A DNA stretch of 64,000 nucleotides from Octopus vulgaris (Eukaryota), in the NCBI GenBank assembly GCA_951406725.2, contig OX597816.1:178312001-178376000 (forward strand), given 5' to 3'. The position numbers and the translations under genes are program-made. The notes under the pieces were generated by a model that was not told the origin of the DNA, did not search any database, and saw only the letters and a list, made by a program, of their open reading frames with translations. Positions 51,764 to 64,000 of this stretch are shown piece by piece. How positions within the stretch are numbered: position 1 is the stretch's first letter; every line of letters begins with the position of its first letter.

Positions 51764-53169
51764 CCTCGGTTTTGTTTCTTGATAACTAAAATTTTTAATG
51801 AAATTTTTTTACAACTACATTTCAGATGGTGTGGATTATGATTACATTGGAATTTAATGTAATGTTTTTCAATGGTGCTCGTGCACACATCCATATTGAC
51901 ACGTATTACATATTTTTTTTTAAATTTCAAGTTTTATATATATATATATTGTAGATATATATGTAATATGTGTCAATATGAATATGTGCGCACTCACCAT
52001 TCCTACTCCCCCTTCCCACTAAATTTCGATATAATCCTAATTGACACAGTCTGAAAGGTATTTATAGAAATTTTCATCAAAAGATATCCATTTTTCTGAA
52101 AGTTATATGGAAAGAAAGTTGGGTAGTGGGGGCGCACATTGTAGATATACCACATATAACTCCAAACGAATAAAAGAAAAAATCAAAACCCCAAATTTTA
52201 GAGTGTTGTGGTACTTGATATTTTAAAAAGTCTTTATTTTTTGTAGTCCCTTCACCCCGGAATATAATCTCTGTTCTTGAAAATGTAGGGATCAGAATAA
52301 ATATTTGAGAAAATAAAATACTAGGTGAGTCGCAAACACTTCCACCAGCTTTGTCGCGTGACTTTTAGAGGCCCCTGCAACTTTTCGTATCGAGGCCCCA
52401 TCCCGTCAATCAAAATTCATAATCTACGTCCCTTTTATTCATAACTATATTTGACTTTATTCTATCTGAAGTTCAATGTTTCACGTTATCCTAAAGAACA
52501 TCTTTAAAACTACAAGTCAAATTTATTTAGGTCTATTACAAACTTCAATAATTAAAACTTGCTGATATGAATAAAAGAACACTTTTATAATCCAGGCAAC
52601 TCTCAAAGACGAACACTGTGCACTTCACGCTTCACGAAATCATCGATCAGTTCAGAATAATCAAGCTGAGAGCTAAGTTCGTGTTCAATACATACCATAG
52701 ACAATCCACAAAGTCTGGTACACGTTTGTGGTACATTGTAATATTTTTACAAGAACTTTTGCAGGTACAATTTTATTTTTTGAAAATTTCAGTTAACATA
52801 GATAGTTTAATTCTTGTTCAACATCTTAACAGAAGTAAATAGATAACTCATCTATATACTTTGATCTTAACATGGGGCTCCTCAGCCTTGGAGGCCCTCT
52901 GCGACAACAGGGGTTTTCATGAGGCTGATGTTAGGAAGAAGGTTCGGCGCTTTAAGCCTTCACCCTCTACACTTGTTTGTGTGCGGAAAATAGGGGAACA
53001 GCCATTCCCTTGTGACCTCCCCATCATTTCTATCACTGATCTGGATGATAAAATAAAAACAACTATTTCAAAGATATTTTATTTCCCTATTAGATGAAAA
53101 ATCGAGTAGATTGTTAATACGTTTACAATTTGTCGAATTATTAAGCTTTGACAGGGTCTCCTGATCCCT

Positions 53170-54780
53170 TATCTGGTGTGTGATGCGGAAACTGGAGATT
53201 GACGAATGGTTAATAAGGGCTGTACAGGCCCTTTACAGAGAGGCCATAAGTAAGGTTAGGATTGGTAATGAATATAGTGAAGAATTCCAGGTAGAAGTAG
53301 GGGTCCACCAAGGTTCAACCCTCAGTCCCCTTTTATTCATCATAGTCCTCCAGGCAATAGCTGAGGAATTGAAGATGAGTTTCCCCTGGGAGCTCCTCTA
53401 TGCTGATGACCTGGCATTCATAGCAGAATCACTACCGGAACTAGAAAAGAAATTTCGTGTGTGGAAGCTAGGTTTAGAATCAAAAGGTCTTAGAGTCAAT
53501 GTAGCTATGACCAAAGTTCTAGTAAGTAAAAAGACGAACTCACCACACACACCCTTAGGTAGATGACCCTGCGCGATCTGTAGAAAAAGTGTAGGTAGAA
53601 ACTGCATAAGATGTACCCAGTGTAAGCTATGGACACATAAGAGGTGCAGCAACATCAAAGGAAAATTAACTGAGAAGATAGCTTTCGTGTGCGACAGATG
53701 CACAGAGGCAATAAACACCACTGATACTCAGAAAACAGATTTCATCACACTCCAGGGAAAGAAACTAGAAGTAGTTGATAGTTTCTGCAACCTAGGTGAC
53801 CAAGTTAGTAGTGGGGTTGGATGCTCAGAGAGTGTTACCACTAGAATAAGAATAGCCTGGGCAAAGTTTAGGAAGCTTCTTCCCCTACTGGGGACAAAAG
53901 ATCTCTCGCTCAGAGTGAAAGGTAGATTGTACGGCGCATGTGTGCGAACTGCCATGCTTCACAGCAGTGAAACATGGGCCGTGACTGCGGAGGACATGCG
54001 TAGTCTTGAAAGAAATGAAGCTAGCATGATCCGCTGGATGTGTAATGTCAGTGTCCATGCACGACAGAGTGTAAGTGCCCTGAGAAAAATGCTGGACATA
54101 AGAAGCATTGGATGCGGCGTGCAGGAAAGATGTTTGCGTTGGTATGGCCATGTACTATGGATGGATGAGGAGAGCTGTGTGAAGAAGTGCCACTCCCAAA
54201 CTGTTGAGTCTGGGGGTAGAGGTAGACCCAGGAAGACATGGGATGAGGTGGTCAAGCATGACCTTCAAAAGTTGGGCCTCACCTCTGGAGATATGCTGTG
54301 ACTGCAAAGACCCGACAAATGAAGTGAGTTCATGCCTCACAGAACAGCCGGCTGTGCTAACCTTGGATTGTAGGGTGACCTGGTGTGCTTGAGGAGACCT
54401 ATTGAGTCAAGTACATCAACATCAAAATAAAAATCAATGGAAATTGTAGTTGTGATACCCGTGCCGGTAGCAAGTAAAAAGCACCATCCGAACATGACTG
54501 ATGCCAGCGCTGACCTGACTGGTGTCCATGCTGGTGACAGACAAAAAGCATCAACCGATCGTGGCCATTTGCCAGCCTCCTCTGGCTCCTGTGTTGGTGG
54601 AACATAAAATGCACCCACTACACTCACAGAGTGGTTGGCATTAGGAAGGGCATCCAGCTGTAGAAACACTGCCAGATCAGACTGGGCCTGGTGCAGCCTT
54701 CTGGCTTCCCAGACCCTGGTCGAACCATCCAACCCATGCTAGCATGGAAAACGGACGTTAAACAATGATGATGATGATGA
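53170..54780 (+). mobile_element. 5'-truncated RTE-clade LINE, same family
   Basis: ORFs 53180-53566 (VGVHQGSTLSPLLF...WELLYADDL) and 53687-54301 (RIRIAWAKF...LRWYGHV...GRGRPRKTW); the same 3' UTR and (GAT)n tail. Confidence 0.92.
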
Positions 54781-54880
54781 TATATATATATATATATGAT
54801 GATGATGATATATAATCCTATGATTGACTGCTAGTCACTAAAGCTTTTTTTATTCTCTCTCTGCTTATTTTCTCATGTTC

Positions 54881-54916
54881 CTTTCTGATGAAGAGCGTAG
54901 GCTTGAAACGTAAAAG
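54881..54916 (+). ncRNA. Minimal Penelope-type hammerhead ribozyme
   Basis: CTTT-CTGATGA-A-GAGC-GTAG-GCTT-GAAA-CG-TA-AAAG. Confidence 0.75.
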
Positions 54917-55856
54917 ACTTTCTCACCTTCCTGAGCATTAAACTATTACACCTGTTTGTTGTTTACACACCTGTCTTCGTCTTTTGATATTTTTGTAAAT
55001 TCCAACTATATATAATCCTATACATATGTAGAGAGAGAGAAAGAGATACGTTTACAGAGGTGAAGTAACAGTGACTTTGAAGTTTGGTTTTGCTAGCCTT
55101 CAAAGGAGACACTTCTCTTGTTTTGAGTAATCATCCAGTTTAAAATAAAATTGATTTTATTATAACTTGACATAAACAGATACTTTAATGTGTGTGTGTG
55201 TGTGTGTGTATGTTACATAAAATACTTTGTCCCCTGATTATATGTAAATTTTTTATTAATTGATTGAAAAAGATCTTTAGTTGTGAACCGACGCTATTTT
55301 TTTAATGCTGTATGCATGTTAAAATGATTTTGAATGCCAACTTAACAGTTATAAACTTTGTAAATATGTTCCACAGTTAGACAACATAGACTGTTCTCAT
55401 CTGACAACCAAGCTAATAGACTTTACCAATAGTGACAATCATAATCTACATTTATATGTAAGCATGTATTTACACACACACACACGTGCTGACAGTTATT
55501 TCAGGTTTTTTTCCTCTTGCTCTTTTAATAATCCCCTGACAGGTTCTGACATGTCTGAATTAAGAAAAGCTCAAACAAGGGATTATATTTGTTTCCTTCT
55601 AAGTCAATCTATTTCTGAGTGTTCACTTATTTCCCTCTTCTCCCTAAGAATAAGGAATTCTACTTCAATACTTCAAAACACCATGGATTAAGGATTTTGT
55701 GCCTTATCAGGCCTTTAGTTCTTTTGGTATATTATAGGTAAAATATGAACTAGTAGGACAAATGTTCTAGTGAGGAGTTAAAAATTTGAGCCAGAAGAGT
55801 CGGTAACACAGTTTCAATCTCTGTTTAAAGCTATTTTTCATTTCACTTATTTATTT

Positions 55857-56560
55857 ACTAGCTTAAAAGCAGCATTCCATGCAGACTCTTGAGCTAGCTC
55901 CTGCAGGGGGCTAATTGAGCCTAAGGCCCAAAACTAAAGAGAGCAAAAATCATAAAGCATTTATTGGTTCCCAACCATCTCAGATTTAGATCACAGAGTG
56001 TCATATTTGGAGAATTTTGTATCATCATGACATTTGGAGATCACTGTAAAGCAGCAGGATAAATAATATTCTTGGTTTTACCATTTGATGTGAGTATGAA
56101 AATATTGTTGCCATTTCCCACTCTGGAATAACCAAATTAGAGCTGACCATGGTAAAAGCACTGCTGCATGAGGTGAAGTCCAACAATCAGTCTTGTTCCA
56201 TTGCACAGCTTTGGAAGATCCGTTTTTCGCAAAAGCATGGTTGGAACTCCTTTCTTCAATGTCAGTTTGTGAAAAGTTATTTCAGGAGGATCCAAAGAGT
56301 TAAGACACTCAGTAGGATAATTCACAGCTTCATTGGGGTCCACAACACTATCAATTGAGAAATAATTTTTTTCGTCAGTATTGATTGATTGCATAAGTTT
56401 CCAGTTGATAACCTGAACAGTTTCATTCTTTGGTGCAAGTATGGATCTTTACAAAGCCAATCAGGATCTTGAAAATCATGTCCAATGTTTGGGAAAACCT
56501 TGGTAATCAACTCTTCCACAGTTTTGACCAAAGTGCCGCGGCCATTTGGAAAAGTGATGT
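55857..56560 (-). mobile_element. Helitron RepHel/PIF1 helicase remnant
   Basis: VFPNI...DWLCK, NYPTECLNSLDPP...LCNGTRL, CFYHGQL; CTAG near 55858. Confidence 0.8.
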
Positions 56561-56858
56561 CTCCATTACTGTCTTGTGGAATGCTTCCAGTAGCTGAGCT
56601 GCAAATCTTCCAGCATCCAAATCTCTGAATAAACTGACTCTGTCAAAAGTCCAATCAGGCTGGATAGGAAATTTATAGGAAATGGATCCACCATCAGTTT
56701 CAATAACATATATTTGAGTTGTTCAATCAACTGAACTGCCGACTCAATTATGATGTAAGTGGCTGAGTACTCCACAGACACCCATCCTTTTAATTTAGCT
56801 CTCAGGCCTGTGAGTTAAGTTTTACAAGGTGGAACAAGTCTGCATTCAGATGGAGGTG

Positions 56859-56890
<32 letters not shown>

Positions 56891-57294
56891 GTTGGTCATC
56901 GTTGTTGTAGTCGTCATCATTGTGGTGGTGGTGGTGAATGTCCTCTCCACATTCAAGTGTCATCTTTGGGTTCCGTAATGGCTCTACAAGCCTGGACTAG
57001 CTGCATCTTCTCTTATAGATCCTAGTAATCCCCCTCAAGCACAAGCACAATGTATGTTATAAAGGTGGGTTTCAACACAGTTTTTATCTACCCAATTATG
57101 CTAACAAGCATGGAATTAACCAAGGGTTTAAGTAAAAAATGTAATACAGGGAGATTAACTCTAGGTCCTCATGATTGTATTGCAAACTTTTTTTTAAAGA
57201 TTTTTGCTTGTTTTCCTTGTTTAACACTAAATGATGTACCCCTTACAAAGACCTAATGATTTTGTTTTAGACCACAATTTATCACTCAGGTTTA

Positions 57295-57700
57295 TACTCT
57301 TTACTCTTTTACTCTTTTACTTGTTTCAGTCATTTGACTGCGGCCATGCTGGAGTACCGCCTTTAGTCAAGCAAATCGACCCCGGGACTTATTCTTTGTA
57401 AGCCCAGTACTTATTCTATCGGTCTCTTTTGTCGAACTGCTAAGTGACGGGAACGTAAACACACCAGCATCGGTTGTCAAGCAATGCTAGGGAGACAAAC
57501 ACAGTTACACAAACACACACACACATACATATATATATATACATATATATGACAGGCTTCTTTCAGTTTCCGTCTACCAAATCCACTCACAAGGCATTGG
57601 TTGGCCCGGGGCTACAGCAGAAGACACTTGCCCAAGATGCCACGCAGTGGGACTGGAACCATGTGGTTGGTTAGCAAGCTACTTACCACACAGTCACTCC
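57295..57700 (-). mobile_element. SINE family A
   Basis: Reverse-complement copy. Confidence 0.9.
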
Positions 57701-58284
57701 TATGTTACATTTTCAAATTCATGTTCAATTCTGCTGGAATGAATGAAGAATAAATATGCTAGTCGTATGTTTTTAATTGTGCTTTCACTCTGCATATGAG
57801 AATTTATTTTTCCTTATATTTTATTTTTTTTAATACCTTGATTTTACTGATTTTGTAAAATTCAGCACAGACTAAATTTCTGCTTTCTGAGTATTTTTAA
57901 AAGCTAATTTAATAATGTTACTTTCTTGACAATATATTTATATAGATACATACATATATATATATATATACATACATAGGTGTACATACATACATACATA
58001 CATACATACATACATACATACATACATACATACATACATACATACATACATGCATACATGCATACATGTGTGTGTATGGGGGGGTTATTTAGTAGTATAA
58101 TGAATTATATCCCTTTTCACTAAAAAAGGTCAACATGTTATTCAATAAATAGAAACTCATAAAGATAAAAAGCTGACTAAAATAAATACAGGGGCTTTAT
58201 GTTTGAAGGCCTTGTCCCAACATGGCCAAAGTTAAAAAATCTGTTAACATAAAACAATACCAACAATACGGTTTAATACAATAC

Positions 58285-58930
58285 ATGCTCAGCTGGATGG
58301 TGGTGTCAGTGTGCATGCACGACAGAATGTAAATGATTTAAGAGGAAAACTGGGTATAAAAGGCGTCAGATGTTGTGTGCAAGAGAGAAGACTGCGCTGG
58401 TTTGGTCATGTGATGCCGATGGATGAAGACGGCTGCTTAAGGAAGTGCCAATCTCTAACTGTGGAGGGAACCTGTGAAAGGGGTAGACCCAGGAAGAAGT
58501 GGTGAGAAAGGTTCTTCAGATGCTGGGCCACACTGAGGAAATGACCAGGGACTGGGATTGTGGCCATTTGCTGTACTTGAGAAGATGCATCAAGCTAAGA
58601 AAAGTCACAGTCATCCATACATAGAGGCATGGCTTTCCAGGTGTCAATGCCATGTAAAATGCATCGTCCCAGTGCTGCATAGATGCACCCATGCCAGTGC
58701 TGCATATATCCGTTCATGCCGGTGGAAAGTAAAAAGCACCCAGTACACATTGTAAAGTGGCTGGTGTTAGGAAGGGCACCCAGCTGTAGAAACCATTGCA
58801 AAAGAGATAACTGGAGTCTGGACAGCTCTCCAGCTGGCCAACTCCTGTCAAACCATCCAACCCATGCCAGCATGGAAAACAGATGTTAAATTAAGATGCT
58901 GCTGCTGATGATGGTGATGATCATGATGAT
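58285..58930 (+). mobile_element. Older RTE LINE 3' fragment
   Basis: ORF 58311-58505 (ERRLRWFGHV...GRPRKKW) followed by a diverged 3' UTR and GAT-rich tail. Confidence 0.8.
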
Positions 58931-59089
58931 ACACACACACACTTATACTATTTATATTATATATAAATATGCATCTACTTATTCACTCACATACAAATAG
59001 TTTCATGTTGAATAATTTGATAATCACAGCATAAGTAATGGACAAGTATTTTTTGATAATGGTTTTTTTTTATTAATATCTAATAATTA

Positions 59090-59260
59090 GGCGCAGGAGT
59101 GGCTGTGTGGTAAGTAGCTTGCTTACCAACCACATGGTTCCGGGTTCAGTCCCACTGCGTGGCATCTTGGGCAAGTGTCTTCTGCTATAGCCCCGGGCCG
59201 ACCAATGCCTTGTGAGTGGATTTGGTAGACGGAAACTGAAAGAAGCCTGTCGTATATATG

Positions 59261-59291
<31 letters not shown>

Positions 59292-59480
59292 GTCTGTGTT
59301 TGTCTCCCTAGCTTTGCTTGACAACCGATGCTGGTGTGTTTACGTCCCCGTCACTTAGCGGTTCGGCAAAAGAGACCAATAGAATAAGTACTGGGCTTAC
59401 AAAGACTAAGTCCCGGGGTCGATTTTCTCGACTAAAGGCGGTGCTCTAGCATGGCCGCAGTCAAATGACTAAAACAAGTA
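59090..59480 (+). mobile_element. SINE family A
   Basis: Full-length copy. Confidence 0.9.
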
Positions 59481-59541
59481 AAAAAAAAAAATTTTTTTTA
59501 AATTAATTGAAAAGATTAACTGGATATAAAAATATATAAAA

Positions 59542-60054
59542 CTAGCAGTATCGCCCAGCGTTGCTCGGGTTTGTAAGGGAAATAACTATATAAGCATTTT
59601 TAGAGAGTTACTTCCCTTATAGATGCCAATTCGGGCTTTCTTAGCCATTTCTGTTTTGGTATCTTCCAGCCATGAAGTCGTTGTTCTAAAAGAACGCTGG
59701 TCTCCTTGACAACGCTTTACGACGTTGATTTCCTTACACTCCCTTCCCCACAGCTTCACGAGGGAGGGAAGAAGGGGGAGAAGCAAACAGGTGCAGGTGT
59801 GACCATGGACGCCAACTCCGCCGCCATCGGCACACGAAAAATTATGCATTAAAATGGAATAAAAAATGATGTTAAATTATTTTTAAAATCGTAGACTCAT
59901 CGTTGACGCGCGCTAATACCCAGACAGGCTCGATATTAATCACGACTATAAGATACCCGAATTTGGTTAAACTGCACCGCAAAATGTGGGAGTAGTTAGG
60001 AATCTAAATCGAAGGTGACGGACACTCACACAACTACAGTTTTATATATATAGA
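59542..60054 (-). mobile_element. Non-autonomous Helitron, variant with an extra internal segment
   Basis: Same ends; about 59620-59840 is absent from the other copies. Confidence 0.88.
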
Positions 60055-60382
60055 TAATAATATCACCTGTGTAGCAATATTGTTTTCTTCATTGCTATCT
60101 TCACTGTTTGAGAAAAATATTAAGAATGATCTCGTTTGAGATTACAAACATGTATTATGGCTTATATAACAATATATTATATCATGTTATGTTATGTTGG
60201 GATGCGGCTGGACGCTGTTGAACAAGAGGAGAAACATGTCACCGAAATTCCTCATGTACGGTCGTATTCTAACACTTGCATTTAATAACTGAATAATATA
60301 ATGTGTTACTAAATACATCTATAGAACTTTTTGCCAACACTGTATGTATAAACAAATGTAAGCCTCTTGTCTTTATATACAA

Positions 60383-60782
60383 CTAGCAGTATCGCCCGGC
60401 GTTGCTCGGGTTTGTAAGGGAAATAACTATATAAGCATTTTTAGAGAGTTATAGCCAAAAAATAGCAAAAAAAATGCATTAAAAATGGAAAAAAATTATG
60501 GTAAATTTTTTTTAAAATCGTTTTGACTCATCGTAGACATTTTTAGAGAGTTACTTCCCTTATATAATAGCGAAAAAATGCATTAAAATGGAAAAAAATG
60601 ATGGTAAATTTTTTTTTAAATCGTAGACTCATCGTAGACGCGCGCTAATACCCAGAAGGGCTTGATATGAATCACGACTATAAGATACTCGGTTTTGGTT
60701 AAACTGCACCGCAAAATGTGGGAGTAGTTAGGAATCTAAATCATAGGAGACAGACACACAACTTCACTTTTATATATAAAGA
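60383..60782 (-). mobile_element. Non-autonomous Helitron, same family
   Basis: Reverse-complement copy. Confidence 0.9.
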
Positions 60783-61460
60783 TATCTCCTGGCCAGAAAA
60801 AGAAGGTTCAGCTAGACAAGTTTTAGTCCTGTGTTGAGATGTCATCAGTGATATTGGATATTTTGGTATATTCCACTAGGCAACAGCTTAACATATGTAA
60901 ACTTAATAGAACACAGTCAAATCAATAAGCTGTTATGGTGCAAGGTCTGGTACCAGATTGCCTTTAAACTCTGCTTCTAAATCCTCTAAAAACAGCTTTG
61001 CCAATCCCTGAAAATGTTCTATCAGAGCTATTTAGATACTGAATTATTGCTAAAAGCAAAATAACATCCATTCATTAAGGTGGTAGTAAGTCACAGACAA
61101 AAAATTTCAGACCTTTCAAAAGTCCTGGAGTGAATTATATGCAAAAGGGTGATAAACTAGATATCTGGACTAACAGAGACTTTTTAACAGGATTCAGTGT
61201 GGCTTCTTCCATAAAAAAAAGGTAGCTTCTGCAACAACATAACTAAATTAAGAAGTGCTTACTATCAAGAACAAGAATTGAGTCTGCAAAAGTCTTTAAC
61301 AAGGATGATCATGAAATTATATATCACAAGCTAAAAGATGTTGCCATAAAAGTAGGTTGGGCATTCGGATCTCTGAATTCCTATAACGTCTGTGTTTAAT
61401 AAGTGGTGTACCACAAGGCCTCATTTTATGCCTTGTTTTCCCTGTAATTTTCTCAGATAT

Positions 61461-61495
<35 letters not shown>

Positions 61496-61874
61496 TGTAG
61501 TTGTAGTTGTAGTAGTAGTAGTGTAGGGGCATGCACCATAACAGCAGATCACTGCATCCACCATTTCTTGGTGATTCCCTACTTCTGATGGGTGGCACCT
61601 TTGTACCACTCATGCGACGACCCTCCAATGCATGGGTTCATTTGGATAGTCACTGCTGGTGAGGGTTTTATGAGATTGGAGTGCAAATCCTACCTCAATC
61701 TCTTTTAGTTGAATTTTACAACACGCAGAGGAAACATTTGGTCTATTCTTTGACATGCCAGTTCCCACACAGCACTAGAACAATGTGAAATGAAGTGTTT
61801 TGCTCAAGAACATAACACACCACCCAGTCTGAGAATCAAACCAATGATCTGGCGATGGTGAGTGCAACAGCTCA

Positions 61875-62021
61875 ACCACTAGGCCACGCACCTTCACCAC
61901 TAGGCCACGCACCTTCACCACTAGGCCACGCACCTTCACCACTAGGCCACGCACCTTCACCACTAGGCCACGCAACTTCACCACTAGGCCATGCACCTTC
62001 ACCACTAGGCCACGCACCTTC
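61875..62021 (-). repeat. Seven 21-bp tandem repeats of a SINE A-box head
   Basis: Unit ACCACTAGGCCACGCACCTTC, contiguous with a family D SINE body at 61775-61874. Confidence 0.9.
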
Positions 62022-62300
62022 ACACATGGACTAAAAATATATAATTGGTCATACTCAGTAGCTATGGAGACAACACTAAATTGATACTGGAAATCAATAC
62101 AAATAATGGTATCTATGCATTCCAACAAGGCATAAATGCCATATACTACTCGTCAAATGACAACAAGTCTTTCAATAGAACAAAATTCCATGCATTCTAT
62201 TATGGTGAGCAGATGCCTGATAAGTAAAGGATCATAAATTCAAACTAGAGGAGATATATCGACACCAATTTGGTTAGAACAAAACAGTCTTTCAGTCAAA

Positions 62301-62351
<51 letters not shown>

Positions 62352-62651
62352 AATAGTCAATCCAGAATTGTTTTATGACAGAGCTGGAAATACTTATATA
62401 TAATTAATTAATTGACATGCCATTGAGCTGTGGTTATCAAAAGCATATTGCTATAGCCTCCTCATAGATGTTGTTAATTGAAAAAAGCATATTTTCCCAT
62501 TTACAATGTTTATTACTTGCAATTGTATAATACACAAAGTATTAACTGTAGCTTACAAAAATGATTTTTTTTTCACAAGTAAAATAGTGTATTAACAAAC
62601 AAAATTAACAAAAATAGCAAATTCATTGGAGGAGCACAAATTATAAGGAAT

Positions 62652-63935
62652 GCTAAATATTGATTTCAAATTTTGGCACAAGGCCAGCAATTTTGGGAAG
62701 GGATAAGTCAATTATGTCAACTCCAGAGTGAAAATGGTGCTTATTTTCTCAACCCCCGAAAGGATGAAAGGCAAAGTCAACCCCAACAGAATTTGAACAC
62801 AGAATATAAAGATGGATGAAAAGCATTTTGCCTGGCATTCTATTAGCTCACTGTTCTTAGGTGTGCTAAATATTGGTTTCAAATTTTGGCACAAGGCCAG
62901 CAATTTTGGGAAGGGATAAGTCAATTATGTCAACTCCAGAGTGAAAATGGTGCTTATTTTCTCAACCCCGAAAGGATGAAAGGCAAAGTCAACCCCAACA
63001 GAATTTGAACACAGAATATAAAGATGGATGAAAAGCATTTTGCCTGGCATTCTATTAGCTCACTGTTCTTAGGTGTGCTAAATATTGATTTCAAATTTTG
63101 GCACAAGGCCAGCAATTTTGGGAAGGGATAAGTCAATTATGTCAACTCAAGAGTGTAAATGGTGCTTATTTTCTCAACCCCGAAAGGATGAAAGGCAAAG
63201 TCAACCCCAACAGAATTTGAACATAGAATATAAAGATGGATGAAAAGCATTTTGCCTGGCATTCTATTAGCTCACTGTTCTTAGGTGTGCTAAATATTGA
63301 TTTCAAATTTTGGCACAAGGCCAGCAATTTTGGGAAGGGATAAGTCAATTATGTCAACTCCAGAGTGAAAATGGTGCTTATTTTCTCAACCCCGAAAGGA
63401 TGAAAGGCAAAGTCAACCCCAACAGAATTTGAACACAGAATATAAAGATGGATGAAAAGCATTTTGCCTGGCATTCTATTAGCTCACTGTTCTTAGGTGT
63501 GCTAAATATTGGTTTCAAATTTTGGCACAAGGCCAGCAATTTTGGGAAGGGATAAGTCAATTATGTCAACTCCAGAGTGAAAATGGTGCTTATTTTCTCA
63601 ACCCCGAAAGGATGAAAGGCAAAGTCAACCCCAACAGAATTTGAACACAGAATATAAAGATGGATGAAAAGCATTTTGCCTGGCATTCTATTAGCTCACT
63701 GTTCTTAGGTGTGCTAAATATTGGTTTCAAATTTTGGCGCAAGGCCAGCAGTTATGGGGAAGGGGGCAAGTCCATTATATTGACCACAGAGTTCAACTGC
63801 TATTTATTTCATTGACCCCCAAAAGATGACAGGCAAAGTTGACCTTAGCAGTATTTGAATTCAGAATGTAAAGATGAAAGAAATGTCACTAAACATTTTG
63901 CCTGGTATTCTAACAGTTCTGCCAACTCACCACCC
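62652..63935 (-). repeat. Tandem array of ~212-bp SINE-C-derived units (five near-identical plus one diverged)
   Basis: Unit starts at 62652, 62865, 63077, 63289, 63501 and 63713; each contains CCCGAAAGGATGAAAGGCAAAGTC (Nin-like domain, reversed) or a diverged version. Confidence 0.92.
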
Positions 63936-64000
63936 CGAGGAATGTTGGATATTAACTTTCATAATCTTTTATCTTTTACTTGTTTCAATCATTTTGACTA

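Noticed and set aside
62712-63560. Repeated 60-70 aa ORFs (MTYPFPKLLAL...)
   Set aside because: Incidental frames in the SINE-derived tandem array.

Overview
AT-rich, repeat-dense animal genomic DNA; the SINE/RTE repertoire and (TA)n/(CA)n load suggest a cephalopod such as Octopus (inference). One host gene is supported: a minus-strand, multi-exon CCDC60 homolog (ATG at 30551; nine phase-consistent coding exons down to 3730, about 408 codons, including RPYTPQH and LFRQLCALHWLLEA). It probably uses a GC-AG intron, and the next candidate exon (3590-3654) has a stop in every frame. The rest is transposable-element material: a decayed Gypsy LTR retrotransposon with a tRNA-Trp PBS, a solo LTR, RTE LINE fragments with a PHD-like finger inside the RT and hairpin-repeat 3' UTRs, at least three tRNA-derived SINE families, Helitrons, mariner and hAT remnants, and hAT-, piggyBac- and Merlin-like MITEs with readable TSDs. 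The most notable unannotated signal is six type-I hammerhead ribozyme motifs from about three families (42.1-54.9 kb). They lie in short non-coding Penelope-like elements beside (TA)n tracts, and two are divergent copies in a 179-bp-arm inverted repeat. All calls are by eye, with no database searches; TE boundaries without a cited TSD are approximate.
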